Origin: Kiritimatiellia bacterium
Lineage (GTDB): Bacteria; Verrucomicrobiota; Kiritimatiellia; RFP12; UBA1067
DNA: 64,000 bases
Direction: 5' to 3'
NCBI GenBank assembly: GCA_017406465.1
Contig: JAFQYM010000009.1
Location: 8,221 to 72,220 of the forward strand
Part shown: positions 1 to 9,615 of the stretch, one piece after another
Layout: each line of letters opens with the position of its first letter
Numbering within the stretch: position 1 is the first letter of the stretch
Position numbers and translations under genes: made by a program
Notes under the pieces: model-generated
The model's input: only the letters and a program-made list of their open reading frames with translations
What the model was told of the DNA's origin: nothing
The model's database searches: none

Positions 1-2083
1 CGCCCGAAACTTCCCACGAATACGGAAGCGAAACAGCCGATCCATTTTCAGACAATGTGCAATCCGGACCGGAAACCTTGCTGAGTTCCAACGCCCCCGG
101 CCGGTTTCCATTGTAGGCGCACGAAAGTGTCGAGGCGAGATTCGAAGAGGCCGGAACCCAGATTCCGTCCGTCCCGAGATGAGCGTCCTCGAACACGAGA
201 ACGCGCGGCGCGGCGCCGAATTCGACAAACTGCGTGAGGTTGGTATATTCCGTATTCGCCGCGACGGAAACCTCGCCCGTCGCGCAAAGATTCCACTTCC
301 CGCTCTGGCCGTTGCCCCACAAGCACCTAACGTGCCCGGAGTTTCCATCCTGCAAGAACACTCCGGCTCGGCTGCCGTTGGCGATCGGCACGACGTTTAT
401 ATTATCGCTTGCCTCCCATGAATAACTTCCGTTTCTCACTGGTGGCGTCATCACAGCGCGCGCCGTCGCGAAACTCGCGTTCGTGAACGCGACACCCTCC
501 ACGGCAAGATAGAGCTTGCGGTGAAAATTCACAGTGTGCTGTTCGTCGGCATAATCCCAGACGACCTTCTCTTCGCCATTGGTAATTTTAACGGTTGCGA
601 ACCCCCTGTCAGCATGGGCATCGTACACAAAACCGCTGCGGCAGGGAACGGTATACGAGCCTGTTGTATTTCCTCTCTGCGCCCATGTATTGATTAATTT
701 GTTGTTTTCCTTGAATTCCACTGTTGACCCGCGCGGCACTGCAAAAGCAAACCGCAAGTAGATATTAAAGCGTCCTGAAGAATAATTGCGAACCGGCAGA
801 GGGAAGTCATATTCATCCAAGCCAAAATCGCCCGATTCCGGTGGCGGTCCAATCTTGGCGACAACACGCGAATCGTCATGAATGATCCAATGAGTTATAT
901 TCGTGACCGTCCCGTTTTCATCCGCAAGAAATACGACATCTTCCGGCAAGACCCCTTCCGGCAATTCGTCGATAGCGCCACCCTGCATGCCTATGTACGG
1001 ACCATATTGCGCTTCCTGCATATCTATAAATTTATGCACGAGGTTGAAATCGTCATCATCGTATTCTGACAGCGGATTCCGTTTTTTTTCAACCATTATT
1101 GAATACTTTTCAATTCTCACAACGTCGTTTGACAGATTCTCTACCTTTTCCCAATATTCATCATGCGCCCGCTCATAGGCATCGTCCCTGAAAAAGCATT
1201 CGACGAAGCACCACTCGTTCGTGTCGTACTCGAAGACGAGATCGCCCGATGCGTCGAGGTGGCAGATTTCGGGATAGTTCTCAAGCCACCATTCCGCGTC
1301 CTGCTCGAGATTCTTCTCAAGTTTTACCGACTGCCCCTCCGCGACGAACGGCGTCATGTCCTGCGTTTCGGAACCAATCTTGACAAAAGAAGAGAAGCCC
1401 TCTTCGGGGATGTTACCGTATGTGAACTCTACATCGCCCCACTCGTATATCGTCGCCGCGAACGAAACGAGGTTGGACGGATCGCGGTTGAAGGCGAGAT
1501 CCTTCCACACGAACGTCTTCGAGCTTTCGTTCGTGACGGCCCAGAAGTCGCTCGTACCCAGTAGGAACGAATTCGTGGCGTAGAGCGGCGCGAGCGTCGT
1601 GTGCCCGTCCTCTATCGTCTCGGGCGAGTCGATTCCCCACGGCTGTGTCGTGACGACGCCGCAGATTCCGGCGACCCATCCAGGCACGGCGACCTGAAAG
1701 TCGTCCGAGACGTTGTGACGGGTCCACATGGACGGCGTGACGGCGTTCGTAGGACGAATGAAGACGTCCGCGCCAGCGGCGAAGTTCGTCGGCGCGAAGT
1801 AGCGGTGAAGCGAGGAGAGTCGATTGTTTGATTGTTTGATTGTTTGAATTGTTTGATTGCTTGAATCGACGTCCTTTGACTTTACATTCTCTCTGCCGCC
1901 CTTTCCTCCCGCCCAGAAGGCGACAGGCGCCGACAGGGCGACGAACAGCAGTGTCTTCGCGATGCCGCGCCGTCGGACTTCAGCTGCCGCGATGCGCCAC
2001 AATCCAACGACGACAAGAACCGCCGTAAGTGCGCCGACTGCGGACAAGATAACGCAAGCATCGTGTATGTCGAACAAAGTCAT
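1..2083 (-). CDS. Hypothetical N-terminally anchored secreted protein (3' end runs off the window; start ATG at complement 2081-2083). Contains a GATTGTTT microsatellite that encodes a SNQTIQTIKQSNN linker.
   Basis: Manual translation of the reverse strand gives an uninterrupted reading frame of more than 690 codons from the ATG at 2083 to the window edge. This was not in the ORF track because there is no stop in the window. RBS AGGAAG lies upstream. The N-terminus MTLFDIHDACVILSAVGALTAVLVVVGLW is hydrophobic. No recognisable catalytic motif. Confidence 0.6.
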   Translation of the reverse strand, partial: MTLFDIHDACVILSAVGALTAVLVVVGLWRIAAAEVRRRGIAKTLLFVALSAPVAFWAGGKGGRENVKSKDVDSSNQTIQTIKQSNNRLSSLHRYFAPTNFAAGADVFIRPTNAVTPSMWTRHNVSDDFQVAVPGWVAGICGVVTTQPWGIDSPETIEDGHTTLAPLYATNSFLLGTSDFWAVTNESSKTFVWKDLAFNRDPSNLVSFAATIYEWGDVEFTYGNIPEEGFSSFVKIGSETQDMTPFVAEGQSVKLEKNLEQDAEWWLENYPEICHLDASGDLVFEYDTNEWCFVECFFRDDAYERAHDEYWEKVENLSNDVVRIEKYSIMVEKKRNPLSEYDDDDFNLVHKFIDMQEAQYGPYIGMQGGAIDELPEGVLPEDVVFLADENGTVTNITHWIIHDDSRVVAKIGPPPESGDFGLDEYDFPLPVRNYSSGRFNIYLRFAFAVPRGSTVEFKENNKLINTWAQRGNTTGSYTVPCRSGFVYDAHADRGFATVKITNGEEKVVWDYADEQHTVNFHRKLYLAVEGVAFTNASFATARAVMTPPVRNGSYSWEASDNINVVPIANGSRAGVFLQDGNSGHVRCLWGNGQSGKWNLCATGEVSVAANTEYTNLTQFVEFGAAPRVLVFEDAHLGTDGIWVPASSNLASTLSCAYNGNRPGALELSKVSGPDCTLSENGSAVSLPYSWEVSG
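1820..1862. repeat. Microsatellite (GATTGTTT)n, about 5 copies with point variants, inside the first CDS
   Basis: Sequence gattgtttgattgtttgattgtttgaattgtttgattgcttgaatcg, read directly. Confidence 0.8.
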
Positions 2084-2084
2084 T

Positions 2085-2938
2085 TCACTTCCTCAAAAAA
2101 CCATATTCGTAGACCTTCGGCTCGATTTCCTTGGCGAGACGCTTCATCGCGGCGCGGAGACTGCCGATGAGTTCGGTGTATTTCGCGTCCTTTCGAACGT
2201 GATGTAGAAGTCATTGGCAACGCGGTCGTCGGCGATGTTGGTCGTCCCGTTGTCCTCGATGTTCATCTCGGCGAGATAGAAGTCCCGGTCGTAGATGTTG
2301 TACTTCTTCTTGAGGACGTCCCACGGCGCGTCGATATGCGGCATGACGATCTCTCGCCACTGACGGTAGATGTGCGTGAAGTTGTTCTTGTTGATGAGTA
2401 TCTTCGAGATGTCGCGGCGTCCCGACTTGAAGTTGGCCTTTATGAACCGACGCAGAATATCGCCGTCCTCTGCATATCTGAAGAGAAGCTTCTCGCGTTC
2501 GATGACGCCCTTTGCAAGCGTGTAGAGCTCCTTGAACTCCTTGGTTTCGTGGTCGCTCGGCGTGACGGTCCAGTCGAAGTCGTTCTTTCCGAGGACGCCC
2601 AGCACGGCATTGTACGGGAGAAATGCGATCTTCTCCGCGTCAAATGCGCCGAGGAAGTGAGGAGGAAGGTTCTTGTCGGCTGCGCGCTGACCTCCGATTG
2701 TCAGAATAAGCTGTACAAAACTCGCGACGATGTCCTTCTTGTTCCCCGCCTTCGCCTCGGCCCACAATACCGGCTCCGCCTCGAATCCAAGAGCGAGTTC
2801 CGTCGCCGGGATATCGACGCAGAAGTCGATGTCCCCGATTATGCGCGTGCAGTCGAACGCGCCGAACCAGTCGGCCGCGACCTTGTTCTTCAGCTCCTCC
2901 TCGCGGAGCGACATAGGATATGCGCTTGGGTGTCCCAT
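2085..2938 (-). CDS. Hypothetical protein with an apparent frameshift near 2180-2195 (track ORF 2144-2938). The alternative frame continues as ...RKDAKYTELIGSLRAAMKRLAKEIEPKVYEYGFLRK to a stop at 2085-2087.
   Basis: The track ORF ends in a low-complexity tail (…NSSAVSAPR). The adjacent frame encodes a protein-like C-terminus and stops 1 nt before the next gene's ATG. Confidence 0.45.
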
Positions 2939-2987
2939 GTCAAATATTATAGCAAAATTGCCACCTTGCCGACATACCCTGTATACT

Positions 2988-3731
2988 TCATGACAGTGCC
3001 TCTTTCACGAGCTGCGACACCTGCTCGGTTGTCTTTCTGCCGCCCTCGCCGTGGTCGTCGCGCATGATCTTTCCGTCGCGCATCACGACATGCCGCTTCG
3101 CGTACGCCGCTATGTCGTCCTCGTGCGTCACCATGACGATCGTGATGCCCTCCTCGGAAAGCTCGGTGAAGAGGTTCATTATCTCGATCGAGCTCTTCGT
3201 GTCGAGGTTGCCGGTGGGCTCGTCTGCGAACACAACCGGCGGATTGTTCATGAGCGCCCGCGCTATCGCGACGCGCTGCTGCTGTCCGCCCGACAGCTGC
3301 GCGGGAGTGTGCGACTCGCGCCCCTTCAGTCCGACGCGCTCAAGGAGCTGCATCGCGCGCGACCTGCGCTCGCGGCGGGAGAGGCGGCCCATGTAGAGGT
3401 CCGGAAGCTCCACGTTCTCGAGCGCGCTCGTCCGAGGCAGGAGGTTGAAGTTCTGGAAGACGAAGCCGAGCTTCATGCAGCGGATGCGCGCAAGCTCCGC
3501 GCGCGAACGCGCCGCGACCTCGATTCCGTCGAGGAGGTACGAGCCCTTCGTCGGCACGTCGAGGCAGCCGAGGATGTTGAGCATCGTGGACTTGCCCGAT
3601 CCCGACGAACCCATTATCGCGACAAACTCGCCGTCGTCCACCGAGAGCGACACGCCGTCGAGCGCATGCACCGGCTCGTCGCCGATGGCGTAGATCTTGT
3701 ACATGTCGCGAATCTCGATAAGATGGGCCAT
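2988..3731 (-). CDS. ABC transporter ATP-binding protein, MacB/LolD family
   Basis: Walker [13 protein letters not shown] signature [15 protein letters not shown], Walker [14 protein letters not shown]-terminus resembles the MacB/LolD ATPase. Confidence 0.85.
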   Translation of the reverse strand: MAHLIEIRDMYKIYAIGDEPVHALDGVSLSVDDGEFVAIMGSSGSGKSTMLNILGCLDVPTKGSYLLDGIEVAARSRAELARIRCMKLGFVFQNFNLLPRTSALENVELPDLYMGRLSRRERRSRAMQLLERVGLKGRESHTPAQLSGGQQQRVAIARALMNNPPVVFADEPTGNLDTKSSIEIMNLFTELSEEGITIVMVTHEDDIAAYAKRHVVMRDGKIMRDDHGEGGRKTTEQVSQLVKEALS

Positions 3732-3734
3732 GGG

Positions 3735-5045
3735 CTACTTCTTTGGTTCGGGCGCGGTTCCTTTGTTGTTGTTGCGCTTCGGGAACTTCGGCATGAAGGG
3801 ATTCGTCGAGTCCTTGCCGTCCATCGCGGCCATGTTCGCCGTCTGGTAGCCAACGACCGCCTCGCGGCCCTCGAGCGCATCCACGCCCTCGCAGACGATG
3901 GACGTGAACGAATCGTCCGTGACGCCTTCTTCAACTCGGATATACTCAAGCGGATCGCCCTCCTTTTGCGGCTTAAGCCATATCTTGCGCCCACGCGGAA
4001 TTTCGCCGGCGATGCGGTCGCGATCCTCGTCCTTCGGGCGAAACCTGAACGCTGCCGCCGCGACGGCAAGCACGTTCTCGGCGCGCGCCGTCTCAATGGA
4101 GAGCGTTGCTGTCATCCCGGGGAAAAGCTTTTGGTCTGGGTTCTCGGCCTCGACGATTACTGGGAACGTCACGACGTTGCTTGTCGTCGTCGACGCCTTC
4201 CTAATCTGCTTCACCTTGCCCTTGAACCGCGTGCGGTACGCGTCGACGGTGAACGTGACATCCTGGCCAACCTGAATGCCGCCGATGTCGGCCTCGGGAA
4301 TGTCGGCCGCGACCCATATCGTGTCGAGGTCCTCTGCGATTGTAAGGACAGGCACAGCGTTCATCGACGAGACGACAGTCTCTCCCTCCTCGACCTTGCG
4401 GTCGATCACGATGCCATCGACAGGAGAGACGATCGTGCAGTAGTCGAGGTCGGCTTTCGCCTTGCTGGCCGAGGCCTCGGACTGCTCGACCGAGGCGTTG
4501 GCGCTGTTCAGACTCGCTTTCGCGCTTTCGAGCCCGGCCTTTGCACGTTCAAGCGCCTCCTCGGCGCTGTCGAGGTCGGCGACGGGAGCCACCTTCTTCT
4601 CCACAAGCGCCTTCTTGCGGTCGTATGTCTTCTGCGCAAGGGCGAGCTCGGCCTCGGACGAGCGGACGGCCGCTTCTCGAACGGCGACGTTCGCCTTGTT
4701 CACGTGCAGCTGCGCGACGGCGCTTTTGTAGTTGGCGTCATAGACCTGCGGGTCGATGAGCGCGACGACCTGCCCGTTGGTCACGATGTCGTTGTAGTCA
4801 ACGTAAAGCTTTATCAACTTGCCGTTGACCTGCGCACCCACGGGAATTCCCTTCGAGGAATTGCGAGGCGTGACGGAGCCAGTCGCAGAGACCGTGCGAA
4901 CGATATCCGTGCGTGCTATGGAGGCGGTGCGGTAGGACGGCGCCTTGCGGCTCGGGACGAGCGACTTGCCTTCGCCGCAGCCCGCGACGAGCGCAAGGCA
5001 ACCAAGCAGCAACGCGGCGCAAGCCGCCTCATTTTTCGTCTTCAC
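3735..5045 (-). CDS. HlyD/MacA-family periplasmic adaptor (membrane fusion protein) of a tripartite efflux pump
   Basis: Coiled-coil-rich middle and beta-barrel C-terminal region typical of MFPs. Probable GTG start at 5043-5045 preceded by GGAGGAG. N-terminus CAALLLGCLALVAGC is a lipoprotein-like signal. Confidence 0.75.
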   Translation of the reverse strand: MKTKNEAACAALLLGCLALVAGCGEGKSLVPSRKAPSYRTASIARTDIVRTVSATGSVTPRNSSKGIPVGAQVNGKLIKLYVDYNDIVTNGQVVALIDPQVYDANYKSAVAQLHVNKANVAVREAAVRSSEAELALAQKTYDRKKALVEKKVAPVADLDSAEEALERAKAGLESAKASLNSANASVEQSEASASKAKADLDYCTIVSPVDGIVIDRKVEEGETVVSSMNAVPVLTIAEDLDTIWVAADIPEADIGGIQVGQDVTFTVDAYRTRFKGKVKQIRKASTTTSNVVTFPVIVEAENPDQKLFPGMTATLSIETARAENVLAVAAAAFRFRPKDEDRDRIAGEIPRGRKIWLKPQKEGDPLEYIRVEEGVTDDSFTSIVCEGVDALEGREAVVGYQTANMAAMDGKDSTNPFMPKFPKRNNNKGTAPEPKK

Positions 5046-6459
5046 TGATCGTCTCCTCCGTGTATTCGGGCCAGCGGCCCACAACCCTGAAAAGCTTTGC
5101 CTCGGCAATCTGGCCGCGGTAGAACGCGCGTACGCGATCGCCAAGCGACGAGGCGTAGCCCGCCACGGCGTCGGCGAATTCGATGCGGCTCACGTCGCCA
5201 ACCTGGTACTGCTCGCGCACCGTGTCGAGATTCTCCTTGCCGCTCCTGACGCTCGAGCGGGCGGCCTCAAGCGCTTCAAGGGCGTTGTCGCGCTCGGCGA
5301 CGGCGAGCTCTATGTCACGCGAGAGCTCGAGTTCGGCGGCATCTACGCCGTACGCGGCGGCATCAAGCGCGACTGTCGCGCGCTCGACTGCGGCAGTCTT
5401 GCGCCAACCAGTGAAGAGCGACATCGCGCCGTTCACGCCCCAGCGCCAATACCAAAGGGGATCGGTCCAGTTAAGCGCGAGACTTGCGCTGAGAGTCGGG
5501 TAGAGATTTGCCACCGCCGCGTCAACCTCATGCGATGCGGCCTTGAGGTGCGCACGGGCGGCCTGCACCGACGGCGCGTTCGTGCATGCAGTGCCATAGA
5601 GCTCCGAGGCGCCGACGGAAGTGTCCGCAAGCGAGCGGAACATCTGCGCAAGACCGGCGTCGCGCGAGCCGAGAACAGTCCTGAAGTCGCCAGACGCGGC
5701 GTCAACCCCAAGCGCCGCCATAAGCTCGGCACCGGCGGTCACGACGTCGTTCGACGCCGCGACGACGTTCTGCACGGCCTTTGCGAGGTCGAGTTTCGCC
5801 TTGAGGACGTCGAGTTCCTTTGCCTCGCCATGCTCCTTCCTTAGCTCCGCCTGTTCGAGATGCTCGGCGTACTCGGCTTCGTTCGTGAGCGCGACTTCGA
5901 AAAGCGCCTCGTTCCTTAGGAGAGTGAAATACCCGCTCGCCACTTCCTCGAAGACTGAATATCCAGTGCTGATAAGCGTCGTTTCGGCGGCAATGACTTC
6001 CTCCGAGAGAGCTCGTGCTTCCGCAGCGTTGCGACCGAAGTCGTAGATGAGAATATCGAGAGAGAGCGACCCCGATGCGGAGCCATCGGTCCTCCCGTGA
6101 AGACTGCGTCCGGACTTGGACGCCTCCGAGCGACCAATAGAGGCCGCGGCATCCAGTGCGCCCCACGGCGTAGATGAAAGAAGCGGCGCATCTGCCGCGA
6201 CTTGCCTTAGGGCTATGCGTGCATCCTCTACCGCGAGACGCGCACGAACCATAGAAGGACGGTTTGCGAGCGCAAAGTCGACAAGCTGCGCGAGATTGCA
6301 CCCCTTGAGATCGACCTTCTCGGCTTTGGTTTCGACCCCCATGCCGCGGGCGGCATACGTCTTCTGGGCGCTCCGCGCCTCTCGAACGGCATGGAATGTG
6401 CCGCATCCCGCAAAAACGGCGGCAAGCGCAAGGACCTGAAAAATCCGCATCGTGCTCAT
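5029..6459 (-). CDS. TolC-family outer membrane efflux protein
   Basis: Two repeated halves with OEP-type coiled-coil/beta segments. Lipoprotein signal MRIFQVLALAAVFAGC, so the likely start is the internal Met at about 6459. Stop overlaps the MFP start. Confidence 0.75.
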   Translation of the reverse strand: MSTMRIFQVLALAAVFAGCGTFHAVREARSAQKTYAARGMGVETKAEKVDLKGCNLAQLVDFALANRPSMVRARLAVEDARIALRQVAADAPLLSSTPWGALDAAASIGRSEASKSGRSLHGRTDGSASGSLSLDILIYDFGRNAAEARALSEEVIAAETTLISTGYSVFEEVASGYFTLLRNEALFEVALTNEAEYAEHLEQAELRKEHGEAKELDVLKAKLDLAKAVQNVVAASNDVVTAGAELMAALGVDAASGDFRTVLGSRDAGLAQMFRSLADTSVGASELYGTACTNAPSVQAARAHLKAASHEVDAAVANLYPTLSASLALNWTDPLWYWRWGVNGAMSLFTGWRKTAAVERATVALDAAAYGVDAAELELSRDIELAVAERDNALEALEAARSSVRSGKENLDTVREQYQVGDVSRIEFADAVAGYASSLGDRVRAFYRGQIAEAKLFRVVGRWPEYTEETISEDEK

Positions 6460-6518
6460 TGGCGATATTTTACCAAAATCGTGCACTCCCGCCAATACGG
6501 CCCGCGAGAAAGCGACGG

Positions 6519-6905
6519 TCAACTCATGGTTTCTCCCATACAACGTTCAAATGCATCAAGTGTTTCGATGAAATCGGGGACAAGGAATGCATGAGCCTTA
6601 GCGCAGATATCCTGTGGAACGCCGTAGTAAGCCCCAGCCACAGCTCCGCAGATTGCGCCAATGGTATCAGAATCGCCGCCAATCGAGATTGCGTTGCGAA
6701 TCGCAAGCGTCATCACGGTGTCGTCAGTAAAGCAGCATGGCTTCGCCCCCTCGTGCTGCTCCACCAGCAACGTGAAGTCCTTTGACTTGCAGTTGCGCCA
6801 CTCAAACCGCGAGCCGGCGATGTCGCCAACTATTGCGCCTATAAGATGTGGCCTGGATCCGCAGTGTACGGCCACGCTTTTTATTCGCTCGTAGGTCTTA
6901 CTCAT
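6519..6905 (-). CDS. ADP-ribosylglycohydrolase-family protein, internally collapsed (128 aa against the usual roughly 300 aa)
   Basis: Three family motifs are present: N-terminal GAIVGDIAGSRFEW, central FTDDTVMTLA, C-terminal GGDSDTIGAICGAVAGAYYG. They sit only about 60 residues apart. RBS AAGGAGG lies 8 nt upstream of the ATG at 6905. Confidence 0.55.
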   Translation of the reverse strand: MSKTYERIKSVAVHCGSRPHLIGAIVGDIAGSRFEWRNCKSKDFTLLVEQHEGAKPCCFTDDTVMTLAIRNAISIGGDSDTIGAICGAVAGAYYGVPQDICAKAHAFLVPDFIETLDAFERCMGETMS

Positions 6906-6909
6906 AGCG

Positions 6910-7359
6910 TCACCCTCCTTTCGCAAGTTCCTGTACTTTGACGATTTCCTCGTCGGACAGGCGCTTGAACGAATGAGGAACATAGTCCTCCCCGAATACC
7001 GATGCGACCGTTTTGTCAACAGACAGAGGCCGAGGATTCAGAACCTCAAACGCGACCGCCTGCGGCTCGCTCTCATAGTAACCCGTGAGAAAGGCGTCGC
7101 GCTTCACACCATCTGCCTTGCACGTCTGTTCCCATACCTCTTCGGGCGTACCAGTGATGATTTTGCCGACTTCAAACACGGCCAGCAATACGGCGGGCTC
7201 GTCTGAACTGCACAACACCATTTCGCTTCCAGGCACAATCCATTCTGGGCAACGCTTGCGGTATTCGTACGTCTTCTCTCCTGACAGTATCTTGTCGCAA
7301 TACTTTTGATGGATCTTCAGAAGACAGGTTGGCCTTGGTCTGTCGATTACATCGCCCAC
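6910..7359 (-). CDS. ASCH (PUA-like) domain protein
   Basis: N-terminal LLKIHQKYCDKILSGEKTYEYRK matches the ASCH core. Stop lies 4 nt from the next start. Confidence 0.65.
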   Translation of the reverse strand: MGDVIDRPRPTCLLKIHQKYCDKILSGEKTYEYRKRCPEWIVPGSEMVLCSSDEPAVLLAVFEVGKIITGTPEEVWEQTCKADGVKRDAFLTGYYESEPQAVAFEVLNPRPLSVDKTVASVFGEDYVPHSFKRLSDEEIVKVQELAKGG

Positions 7360-7371
7360 AGGTTTACCCCC

Positions 7372-8634
7372 TCATTTGAAGGATTCGAGTTCTTCCCACT
7401 TGATAAATACCGACGGCGTACCGTAGCATCCCGGAAGAATCGAATATGCACCCCAAGTCCACTTTACGCCATCCTTGGATACCAGCATGTACGCTTCATC
7501 AAGATCAAGCGGATGTTTAGACATCTCTTTCGCTTCGTCCCCTTCCAGCAGTTCCTTGCAAAGCCGCTTCGTGACAAACGCCGACAGCTTCTTCAACTTT
7601 CTAGCCGCAAAATAGTCCTTCAAATCCAGTTCAATGCCATCTGGCAGACTGTACACCTTTGAGCAGTATTTTGAATGGCATCCATTACCGCCGTCATTGT
7701 CGTATCCATCGACCCAGACGCTGAGGACCGGGTGCTCGTACCACTTGGAATTCTCCTTGGTTGTAAGACCAAACGGCATGTCAATATGCTGATCTACATC
7801 GTAAGACCATTGGCTGCAACAATGCCACCAACTGTCATCCATCTTTTCCGGGAGCTCGCATTTGTAGCATGCCTGCGCATGCGCCTTAATATCAGCAAGT
7901 CCCAATTCAAGCGACTTAGTTGTAACGCGTCCGTCATCTTTTGCCGGGAGCCGCCCCGTTTCATACGACAGCGCACCACAACACAATGTTGCCCAGTCGG
8001 CAGGCTGGAGGCCAAAACCTTCCAAATCCCTGTCCTCGCCTTCCTCTGCCCATAATTCCTTGTTGCGCTTTTCAAGCGTCTCCTGAGTTTCGCCAAGTGC
8101 CTCCGGACTGACATACGGGCATGGCATTGGCACGAGTACAAAATTCATCCAAAGAATTGCTTTCCGCACCTTGGCGAGCGCATCCTTTGTCAGGCCAGAA
8201 CGCTCTTCTGGCCATTCGATGTGTACTTTGACAGACACATCAGATCCGCGACTCCCAGTATGATCCAGCCCGTATTTCCTGACGTCTGACATCTTATGCG
8301 CCGGCCCTTTGCCATTGAACTCATAAGAATACACAGAATACCGACCCTCATGCAGAACATCCGGCTCGAAACTCTCGGCGATTTGCTGTCCTATCTTGTC
8401 ATTCGGATTGGCGTATGGGTCTTTATAGAGGTCGTCTGGTCCCTCAGAATCCTGTCCATCTTGCTGGTCAACGGAATCGGAGTTTCCCGATGCCTGCGCG
8501 ACCGCATCTTCCTGATCTGCGCATAGTGCCTGATCGATTTCTTCCTGCTCTCGCGAACACGCGGCACACAACAGCAGAATAACACAGGAACAAATCCTGC
8601 CAATACGAATCTTTAGCGATGTCCTTCCTTTCAT
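7372..8634 (-). CDS. Hypothetical lipoprotein
   Basis: Lipobox LLLCAACS. Acidic low-complexity linker followed by a Cys/Trp-rich globular part. RBS AAGGAGG. Confidence 0.6.
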   Translation of the reverse strand: MKGRTSLKIRIGRICSCVILLLCAACSREQEEIDQALCADQEDAVAQASGNSDSVDQQDGQDSEGPDDLYKDPYANPNDKIGQQIAESFEPDVLHEGRYSVYSYEFNGKGPAHKMSDVRKYGLDHTGSRGSDVSVKVHIEWPEERSGLTKDALAKVRKAILWMNFVLVPMPCPYVSPEALGETQETLEKRNKELWAEEGEDRDLEGFGLQPADWATLCCGALSYETGRLPAKDDGRVTTKSLELGLADIKAHAQACYKCELPEKMDDSWWHCCSQWSYDVDQHIDMPFGLTTKENSKWYEHPVLSVWVDGYDNDGGNGCHSKYCSKVYSLPDGIELDLKDYFAARKLKKLSAFVTKRLCKELLEGDEAKEMSKHPLDLDEAYMLVSKDGVKWTWGAYSILPGCYGTPSVFIKWEELESFK

Positions 8635-8645
8635 AGTTACCCTCC

Positions 8646-9413
8646 TTATCTTTTGCGAGTTACAAAATCCTCAAGCCATATCGGCACGTCTGCATTCGCA
8701 GCCCAAAGTGAGTCCCTATAGCCAAGATAGTCGAATGAGAGCTTGCGCAGTTCAACATCAACAGCACCATCTTCTTTTACATCCACGACGGCATACGAGG
8801 CGAACGACACACTCCTAGGACAGCCGACTGTCCCGACGTTTATGACGCACCTATCGGATTCCGTCGCGCTCATTCGGTTCTCCTTGATCATCTCAACACT
8901 GCCATCGTTGCCAAGCCGCCAAAAAGCAGGCTCATGCGTATGGCCTACGAACACGATGTTCACCCCTGCGCCATCCACGGCCGACAGCGCACGCTTCACA
9001 TCGTCCGGGCGGAACATGTATCCGAATCCTGGCTTAATTGCACCTCCATCGCAACACACGTCTCCATGCGCGAACAACATCGAACCTTCCCTTAGCAAAG
9101 ACGGACACGCTCCAAGCCAATCAAAGTTCTCCTCCCCGACCATGCAACGTTGCGCGATAATAGACTTCCGAGCACGATGCGAAAAAGAGTCCATAGACAT
9201 TTCACGCAGCAGCGCAGCATCATGGTTCCCGAGTACGACGTGATTTCCGAACACCTTTCTTGAAAGCATTATCGCCTCGTCCGGAGATGGTCCGTAGCCG
9301 ACGATGTCGCCAAGGCAGAAATAGGCATCGACGCCGCACGCTTGTGCGTCGTCAACCGCCTTTGCGAGCGCCAACGGGTTGGCGTGCACATCAGACATGA
9401 CTGCATATTTCAT
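8646..9413 (-). CDS. Metallophosphoesterase (calcineurin-like, YfcE-type)
   Basis: Motifs MSDVHAN, GDIVGYGP, GNHD, GHTH. TATAAT -10 about 35 nt upstream. Confidence 0.8.
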   Translation of the reverse strand: MKYAVMSDVHANPLALAKAVDDAQACGVDAYFCLGDIVGYGPSPDEAIMLSRKVFGNHVVLGNHDAALLREMSMDSFSHRARKSIIAQRCMVGEENFDWLGACPSLLREGSMLFAHGDVCCDGGAIKPGFGYMFRPDDVKRALSAVDGAGVNIVFVGHTHEPAFWRLGNDGSVEMIKENRMSATESDRCVINVGTVGCPRSVSFASYAVVDVKEDGAVDVELRKLSFDYLGYRDSLWAANADVPIWLEDFVTRKR

Positions 9414-9615
9414 TTCGACACCTCGGTTCCTTGAACGCCGCTATTATACAATATAACAAGCCCGACAACAATGCGTCTCGCGCTCGCACTTCCATGCACG
9501 CACGGCAAAAAATTGGTCCTTTAAAACGTGCAAGACCGTGTAGAGGTTATCCGTATTGCCTTTGTGAAAAACTCATGGGAAAATATAACACGAAACGCAC
9601 AGATAAGGAGAGTCT

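Noticed and set aside
48-2028. Multiple short ORFs on both strands in the first 2 kb
   Set aside because: They are alternative frames inside the long uninterrupted minus-strand reading frame (1-2083). That frame has no stop in the window and was therefore missing from the ORF track.
3051-5048. 665-aa plus-strand ORF (also 4945-5844, 39253-40362, 41180-42520, 43997-45226, 46572-47801, 55557-56585, 56972-58174)
   Set aside because: All lie antisense to well-supported minus-strand genes (macA/macB, DUF1015, gatA, argJ, murG, TPR gene, pyrF). They translate to Arg/Ala/Gly-rich low-complexity sequence typical of high-GC antisense frames. No RBS or motif.
9414-9615. Possible small RNA or regulatory element in the 200-nt divergent intergenic region
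   Set aside because: It contains a TATAAT for the metallophosphoesterase and a plausible AAATATAAC -10 plus AAGGAGAG RBS for the plus-strand gene. Nothing beyond ordinary divergent promoters could be supported.
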